Below, piece by piece: positions 10,601-19,600 of a stretch of DNA of 64,000 nt. Position 1 is the stretch's first letter; the number at the start of each line of letters is the position of its first letter. The stretch spans positions 329,708 to 393,707 of the forward strand of contig JBAYHC010000001.1 of assembly GCA_041666325.1 (NCBI GenBank), written 5' to 3'. Source of the DNA: Patescibacteria group bacterium. Lineage in GTDB: Bacteria; Patescibacteriota; UBA1384; XYA2-FULL-43-10; 1-14-0-10-43-13. The position numbers and the translations under genes are program-made. Below the pieces are notes generated by a model. It worked only from the letters and a program-made list of their open reading frames with translations, ran no database searches and was not told where the DNA came from.

Positions 10601-13600
10601 CTCGAAGCTGTGATTGTGCCTCCCCCAGTACCGAGATCCAAATCGTTAGAACCAATAAATGTAGGGCTAGTATTACCAAAAACAATTGCATTGTTGTTAG
10701 TAAGGGTCATTGGTGCACCAGACGTATTGTCGAAACTCGTACCTGCATTCACAAAGGTAAAAGTGCCAGTCCCAAGCGCACTTGCGTGACCAAGATTTAG
10801 TGTTCCCCCGTATAAACTAAAACCTCCGTCGAAAGTATTGGCACCATTTAGTGTTAATGTGCCGACACCAGATTTTGATATTTTATATGAATTTACCCCA
10901 TCATCAATAATCCCCCCAACTGTCAGTGTTGACCCGTTCTGATCCAAACTTCGATTCCCACCTGATATTGTGACTGCTCCCGTACCAAGGTTTAAACTAT
11001 TTGAGCCGGTAAATGTTATTGAATTAGCAAGAATAATCGGGTTGTTATTTGACAAAGTGATTGGCGCCCCGGAGGTGTTATCAATCACGCCTCCACCTGC
11101 GTTTAGGTTTAGTGTTCCGCTACTAACAGCAGTGGGATTATTAATGTTTAGTGCCCCCCCGTCTAAGGAGGTAGTCCCAAGGTATGTATTGGCAGCATTA
11201 AGCGTTACCACACCCGCACCTGACTTGGTAAGGCCGGCCGTATTTGAGTTATCAATCGTGCTAGCAAAGGTGACATTATTAGAGTTGGTGTCGATCTTGA
11301 TAGCGCTACCGCTGCTCTTTATTCGACCAGAAATATCTTGGGTGTTGCCGCTGGCATATCGAAGCGTACCATTACTAAATGTGATGTTACCTGTTGTTCC
11401 CAGGGAACCATTCGAAAAGATCAGATAGCCAGCCGAAACCGTCGTCCCGCCGGTATAAGAGTTGCTACCAGTAATTTCTAAAGTCGCTGGACCAGCTTGA
11501 GTTAGTTTGTAGTCACCACTTATTACACCGCCAACTGTCAGTATACGCGAATTGTAGGAGAGAACGGAACAATTTGCACCCAAAGTGACCGCCCCGGAAC
11601 CTAGGTTGAGATTTTGGTCGCCATGATAGAGGTTAAAAGAAAAGCTACTGGCGTTCCAGGTCTGAGCATTATTGTTGGTCAATGTAACAGTGCCACTCGA
11701 GGAATTTTCCAGATCGCCTCCATTAATGACAAGCGTGCCCGTACCAATCGCCGTATTATGATTGATATAGAGTCTTCCAGCATTGAGCGTAACACCACCG
11801 GTAAAATCATTAGCCCCACCCAATATTAAGCCCCCGGTACTCTCCTTAATAATGCCAAAATTGCCGCTAACCACGCCGGAAAAACCAAGAGCATAGCTCG
11901 TTGAGCCATTCAATGTAAATGTGCAGTTAGCGCCTAACGTCACCGCGCCGGTACCAAAGAGTAGTGATCGAGTACCAGTAAAGGCAAAGCTGGCATTTAT
12001 TTGTACAGGATAGTTATTAGACAAAGTGATATTTCCTGCTGTGGAATTATCGATCGTCCCGCCATTTATAACCAATGTATTTGCAGCGTTACCTAGGGCA
12101 GTGGCGTGATTAATGTTAATCGTCCCGGCATTGAGTGTCACATCACCAAGAAAAGTGTTGGCGCCAGAAAGCGTAAGGGTGCCGGCATTGAGTGTCACAT
12201 CACCAGTGAATGCATTGGCCTCTGGAAGCGTAAGGGTACCGGCATCGATGGTTAGCGAACCGACGAAGGAGTTAGCACCCGATAAAGTTAGCGCACCCAC
12301 ACCCGCCTTAATAATATTGTAGCTTCCGGAAATTGCTCCCCCCACCGTAAGAGGATAGTTCGAGCTGCCAGAAGTAACAGTGCAGTTTGTACCCAGAGTT
12401 ACCGAACCGGTACCAAAGACAATCGAACGATTACCGGTATAGGAAAAGCTGGCGTTCCACTGCATAAGGTAATTATTCGCCATTGTCACTGTACTACCAC
12501 TCGTGTTATCAATCGTGCCACCATTAACGATAAATACATTAGCGGCATCACCAAGGGCAGAGGCATTATTTATATACAAGTAGCCAGCATTTAGGGTTAT
12601 ACTCTTTCCTGATCCGCCGAATGTGTTCGCACCTGATAGCTGCAATCTGCTTGGTCCCGATTTTGCAAGGCTGTAATTGCCGCCAATCACGTTGCCCACA
12701 GCCAACACTCTCACTGATGATCCATTCGTGGTAACTGTAACATCGTTGGCTAATGTTATACTTCCTGGGCCAAAAGTAAGATTCGTCGTACCTGCGAAGG
12801 CAAAGCTACTATTCCAAGTCTGAGCGTTCGTTGTTGATAAAGTTATGCTAGTACCTGATGAATTGTCGATCGTTCCACCGTTAATAATCATAGCGGCACT
12901 ACCAAGGGCTTGAGCATGATTGATATTGAATGTAGCAGTGCCTCCTATTGCGATAGAATTGGAAATCGTTGTGGGAGAACTTATTGTGAGTGTGCCAGCA
13001 TCCCACTCGATGGCCCCGCCGATAGTAAAGCTATAGAGTGAACTATTTGTCGTGAGTGTCCCCGCATAGCCACCCAAACTATAAATGTTCCTGACAGATG
13101 CCGAAGCACCGAGTGTGCAACTGGAGGATGAATTACTATCAAAGTAAGCATTATTATTGACACCAGGGGTAGACTCTCCAGTCGCACCCCCCGAGGTTTT
13201 TGACCAGTAGTTAGTGTTGTTCCAGTTTCCCCCAGCCCCAATTCGATACCGATTCTCATAAGTAAAGGTCCAGTTGGTGTTGCCGGTGTTGTTGGTGCCG
13301 TCGGTCGCCGTGATGGCATTGGTGGCGGTGGAGTCTTTGACATCAACCCAGTCGATGTTAGTGGTGCCGTTTTTCACGATGGTATAGGCACTACCGCTAG
13401 AGGAGCTGCGCAGCAAAATCATGTTGCTGTATGTGCCGGTAAGAGTAAGAACACCACCAATGGTCTGAGTTGAGCCGGCGGTGAAGGTGAGTTGTTTGCC
13501 GGCAACAGCACAAGTCAAACTATTGAATGACGTATTTCCAGTAAAGGTGGAGGTGCCCGAACCGCTGATGGTGACAGTGGAGGTGTCGGCGGTGAAAGTG

Positions 13601-16600
13601 CCGGAGTTCGTCCAGTTGCCAGGGATAGTAAAGTTGTTGCCATCGGCGGTAATGGTGCCGCTGCTATTGATGATGAGGTGTGTTGCGCCGACATTGCCCG
13701 AGCTGGCTGAATCAGGACGATAGGTGTTATTAGCCAGGACTAGAAGCGTGTCTTGGGAGGTCTGATCTGTCGCATCGGTCGAAAGATCGTTGTCGGCATT
13801 GACCTCAAAGAAAATATCCTCATTAACAGAAACAGAGTTATCGTATGAATCAAGATCAGAGTTGGCAACGGTTTGATTGTCCTCTGAACCAATTGTAAGA
13901 TGATCTTCATACAATTTCACACCGGTGATACTGCCACTGCCATCATACTTGGTAACAGCGTTAGCCTCGAGCGCGTCATCCACACCCGAGACAAAAACAG
14001 TAATAGTATCGCCAGAGTTTGGTGTTGTGACGCCAGAGATGCTAAAGGTTCCAGTGTCAAAATTAGTGGTGGCTGTTTTGCCGGTTTGAATCTCCCCATT
14101 GACCGCAACGGCAATCGTTTCATCGCTGGCACAATTGGTCGAACGGTTATATTTCTGGCAAGTGCCGGAGATGGTGATACCAAAGCCCCAATTAACGTTG
14201 TTCCCGCCGTCATTGGTATTGGTATAAGTAGGTGTTAATCCGGTCGCATTGGAATCGGTGACATCGGCGTAATCAATGGCAAAGGTACCGTTCGCAGCCA
14301 AGTTCCAGCGAGTGGGTGAGGAGGAAGAAACCAAATTGACACGATCATCGTCATCTAGACCGTCAAGAGTGAGCAAGCCGCCGACTGTCTGTGTCGTACC
14401 GGCAGTAAAGGCCAAAATAGCATCAGTGGCGTCATTGGTGCTATTGGTTTTAGTAAAGTTATTAAAAGTAGTATTACCAGAAATCGTCTGCGACGAACCG
14501 GTAAAGGTAACTGTACCCGTCCCGGCGGTAAAGCTGCCGGCATTTGACCAGTTGCCACCGACGTTGATGGTGCCGGAGGTAACAGTGATTTTACCCTTCT
14601 CGGCATTTTGATAGCTCGTGGAGATATTGCCCGAGGCGGTTAAGGTTTCGGCACCGACAGCCAGGGTAATCTCGCCAAACGGAACAGATTGGGGGGTAAT
14701 GGTTAGATTGCGAATAGTGGTAGTGCCGCTGCTTAGGGATAATGTCCGGTAGGTCATGCCTTGGTTGTAGAGGTAGAGATCATAATAAGTGTCGGTAGGA
14801 ATAGCGTAGTCGCTATTCGGAAGAATATAAAAGCCTGACGAGTTGGTTGTCCAATCCGTTGTGCCGGCGCTTTTTTCGTATGTCCCGGCCACAAGGGTGT
14901 GACTGGCGGCGGTCAGAGCGCTGCCGGCATCAGAGATAGTTAAGCCGCCATTGAAATCCATCGCGATAGTGCCGGTCAGATCGCCACCATTCAAGGTGGT
15001 AGCGCCGCTAACAGTCAGAAGTCTGGTGCTAATATCGAACGTGCCAGCCGAAACTGTCAGGCCCCCTAAGGTTTTATCGCCAGGCAAGGTGAAGGTGCCG
15101 CCGGTGCCGTTGATTTTGACAATGGCATTGGTGTAGGTCCAGTTGCGGATATTCCTGGTGCCGGAGGTGGCGGTGTACTCAACGGTGCAGGTGGCCGAGA
15201 GAGTGGGTGTAGCCGAGATTGTTTCGTCGCCGGTTTGTTTTAGAGTGGCGCCATTGGCCACCGTCATGGTAGTGGTTGTGGAAATGTTTTGACCGTTCAA
15301 GTCAAGGACGCCGACGGTGACAGTAAGCGTGCTATCAACATCGAGGCCGTTAGTTGACAGCTGGGCATAATTAGTAGAGACGCCTTTGTTGACGACGATT
15401 GCATTGAAGTCCTGAGTCGTCCCGGTGCCGCCGGTAACAATAACCGAATTGGAAGAACCGTCAAAGGTAACAGTGCTGGTGCCGGCATCCCAAGAACCGG
15501 AGTTGGTCCAGTTGCCGGCGATATTCCAGGAATTGCCATCGGCGGTAATAGTACCGCTGCTATTGATGATGAGGTGTGTTGCGCCGACATTGCCCGAGCT
15601 GGCTGAATCAGGACGATAGGTGTTATTAGCCAGGACTAGAAGCGTGTCTTGGGATGTCTGATCTGTCGCATCGGTGGAGAGATCATTGTCGGCATTTACC
15701 TCGAAGAAGATATCGTTGTGACTGGCAGCCGAAACTGAATTATCATAGTTGGCCAGATCAGAGTTTGCGATTGTTTGGTTGTCCCCTGAACCAATTGTGA
15801 GATGATCTTCATACAAAGTCATACCAGTGATGTTGCCGCTGCCGTCATACTTGGTGACGGCATTAGCCTCAAGGGCATCATCTACACCGGAGACAAAGAC
15901 GGTAATAACATCACCTGAGTTCGGTGCAGTCAAGCCGGAAATGCTAAACGAACCGGAACTTGTCGTCCCTGTATTAACATTATCAACCGTGCCATTGACC
16001 GCTACCTTGACTGTCTCTCCTTCGGCACAGTTAGTAGAGCGATCATACTTTTGGCAAGTACCAGAGAGAGTAAATGGAAGGGGAATTGTCCAGCCGGTGT
16101 TGCCCCCACCGTCGGTCGAGTTAGTTGCGGTGATTGCCGAACCTAGATTGGTGGAATTAGAAATGGTGGCATAGGAGATATTGGCCGTGGTCGGATTGAC
16201 ATTCCACACCCCAGCACCACCGCTACGCTGCAAGGTGATCGGATGAGAGTCAGCGCCAGTCACTGTCCAAGTGCCCGAGATGGTTTGGGTCGAAGCGGCG
16301 GCAAAAGACAAGGTTTGATCTTGAGTGGTGGTAGCAAAATTATTAAAAGTAGTATTACCGGAGATCGTCTGGCTTGCACCGTCAAACGTCACTGTGCCAC
16401 TGCGACCGTTGAAAGTGGCGCTATTGGCAAAGTTGCCGCCAACGTTAATATTACGATTATCAGCCGAAACATCCAGAGTACCGGCCGTCAAAGTCAAATT
16501 GCCATCGACATTTAAATCATCCTGCAAGGTATATGTGCCGTGGTAGAGTTCACTAACTTCTGACTGAGTGAGAACACGGTTGTAAATCCTAGTGTCATCG

Positions 16601-19600
16601 ATACTACCTACAAAACCATAGTTTGAACCATTGCGCGCGCCTATCTGCGCTGGAGCGGTTGAGGTGGTATCTGCAGCACTGAGCGCATCGATAACGGTTG
16701 TCAGCGTTTGCGATACACCATTGACGTATATTTTCACGCCAGAGACGCTCTCACTACCATCATACGTGGCTACGATGTGGTACCAAGTACTGTTTGATAA
16801 GGCGCTTTGCGTTGTAACACGCAAAAAGTTACCCGGCCAGCTACCTCCACCAATGGCAAAACTTAGCGTCCTGTTTGTCCCGTCTGCGCCCAAACTGTAT
16901 CCCTTTAGTGTCGCTTCTAGGTATTTATCAAAGAGCATTTCGTAATTTGTAGCCCAGTTTGATGAATTTGCCCACATATTGATACTAAAAGAATCGCTCG
17001 CATTGAAGTTTAGAGCACTTGGATTTCCTGCGCTGATATATGCACTACCGTTAAATGCTTGACCACCGCCGATTACTCCGGTGGTTGCGGTTGCTCCTGT
17101 CACCACCCCAATTCCGCCATGCGAATCGGCGCGGGTGACAGCGCCGGCTCCGGCTGAGGATTCGTCCAAGCCCCAATACGATACCAGGCTAGCTTTCTCA
17201 GCTGAAGTCAACGAGCTGTATGCCTTGCCATTACCGGCATTATAAAGAACAGTTTTTTCATCCGCCGTCAGAGTCCGCCGCCAGAAACTTATTTCGTCAA
17301 TTTGACCATTCCAAGGGTAGGTTGTGCCAGAGTACTCATGCGAACCAATCGTAAAAGCGGAGGTGCCGCCAAAAACTCCGCTGGACCAGCTAGTCGTATT
17401 CACCGTCCCATTATTAACTTGAATATTGATAGTGTTGTTGGCAGCATCATGCCAGGCAACAATAAAATACCAGGTACTTAGCGATGGTGATCCCAAGTTA
17501 TCTGCGCTTGCATTAGCAGAAACAGCCGTTCCATTGCTCGAGACATAAAAGCGAAACCGATCACCACTCGTTGGTCCGTCGTACTCCAGGACCCACTCGT
17601 TTTGAGTGCGGTCGCCGCCATGCTGCCATTTACCGACAATTACCCCGGCTTCGGGTTTGCTAGCTAAATTAACCCAACCAGATACGGTAAAATCAATATC
17701 ACCAGTCCTTAGTGACGGATTATCCACTATCCGCAGATATTCATTATTGGCTGAAGCCAGATTCGCTGCATTGCTCACCTTGCCTGCTACAGACGGGGTC
17801 GTATTATTATCAGTCAAATTATTAGCATTGGTCAGGGTCGCATCCCGGACAGTATTACCGCTTGTCTCGTCGAGATTAAAGCGGCCAACCATGCCAGAGC
17901 TGACATCGCCAGGTGCGCTGTTAAGCGTTAAATTATTGAATGTACCGGCGCCGCTCGTAACATTGCCACCGGCGCCAGCTAAAGTAACTGTGCCTGATCG
18001 GGCAGTAAAGCTACCGCCGTTATTGTTCCAATTGCCAGCGACACTTAAGCTATAATTGCTTGCCGTAACGTCAAGTGTACCGGCAGTCAAAGTTAAATTG
18101 CCGCTAACAGTTGTATCGGCCGGCAAGTTAAATGTCCCACCAGAGCCGTTTATGGTTAGGTTTGGATAGGACCAATTCTTGATCGCCCGAGTGCCGGATG
18201 TTGCAACATAGGCAACCGTTGAACCGGAAGCCAGAGTTGTGGTCCCGTTGGTGATTGTCTCGTCTCCGGTCAAGCTGAAAGTTGCGCCGCTGCTAACCGT
18301 GAAAACACCGGCCGTCGTCAAGTTTCTGCCATTGATATTGAAGGTACCGGCAGAGACAGTGGCACTTCCGCTAACGTTGAAAACGCTGCCCAACTCGACG
18401 CCAGCCGTTGCGAATGTCGCCGGTGAGCTTTGGTTGTTGTATTCAGCCGTAATCCACTCGGCGGAAAGTGCCGTATTGGAAACACGCGTTTCATCAATGA
18501 AGCCATCAAAAGTGGTTCCGTAGGTACTGCGGAATTTAGCAGCCAAACCCAAAGTCCCAAACGGGCTGCTTGCCGCGCTCAAGGTATTGCCGGCAGCACC
18601 ATTGATGTAGAGTGTACTATTGCCGCCGCTTGTCACCATCGCCAAATGGTACCAGTTCCCCGCAGAGAGTGCCGTGGACGACCAATCGCTCCATGATCCA
18701 GCAGGAACATTCCAATATTGAATTTTTGAACTAGCAAATTGAGTTGTGAAACCACCGGCAGCGCCATCAGTGTTACTAATAATTCTATCGCCGTTGACAA
18801 TAGTGTCCGGATTTATCCACATCTCAATAGTTGAGGTAGTAATCGAGTAATTTTTGAGTGTCATGATATCATCAGTGCCATCATAGCTCGTTGCAGCACC
18901 AATCTTACCGCTTGCCCCAAAAGTTACACCGCCACCCTGTGTGCCGTCATTAGCGACAGAAGTGGAATCAACAGCATTCGTTGGCCCAGCATCCGCCAAG
19001 TGGTAGATTCCCAGGTAATTGCTAGTCCAGACACTATTTTTGCCATAGGCAGATGTAGCTGTCGGCTCTACCGCCCCTGAGTTACCGTAATACATATAGA
19101 GCGTATCATCAGTCGCATCCCCAGCATCTTTTGTTGGGGTAAATTTAACCCACGCAATCAGGGCACCTGATGCATATGATTCGATTTCCCGGGCCAATGG
19201 CGTACCCGCAGAATCAGTAAACCTAATATCGGTCCCAAGTGCATTGATGTTTGACAAGCTTGAGGCCGAGATCATGACTGGAAAGTTTGCGTATGTAGCC
19301 GACGGACTTGCGACATCTGGAAACTTGGTGTGATCAATCGTAATAACCCTGCGGTATTGCCAACTCGGGGTGCTGGTCTGAAGCTCGCCCGCACCCGAAT
19401 GTGCAAAGTTATTAAACGGCGTATAGCCCATCGCAAGAGTTTGTATGCCGCTAGTTTTTGTGAAATCTACTGTACCGGAGTTGTGAAGAAAAGTTCCATC
19501 TGTCTGGCTCCAGTTCCCTGCTGTTGAGAGAGTTCCGCTTGTCGATGTGAACACTCCACCCGATAAAGTAAAATTGCCACTATTGGTGATAGCCGAGTTT

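Noticed and set aside
9000-13600. Possible CRISPR array suggested by highly periodic repeats
   Set aside because: The repeats are irregular in length, lie inside one continuous ORF and encode beta-helix or Calx-beta protein repeats. There are no short conserved direct repeats with unique spacers, and no cas genes
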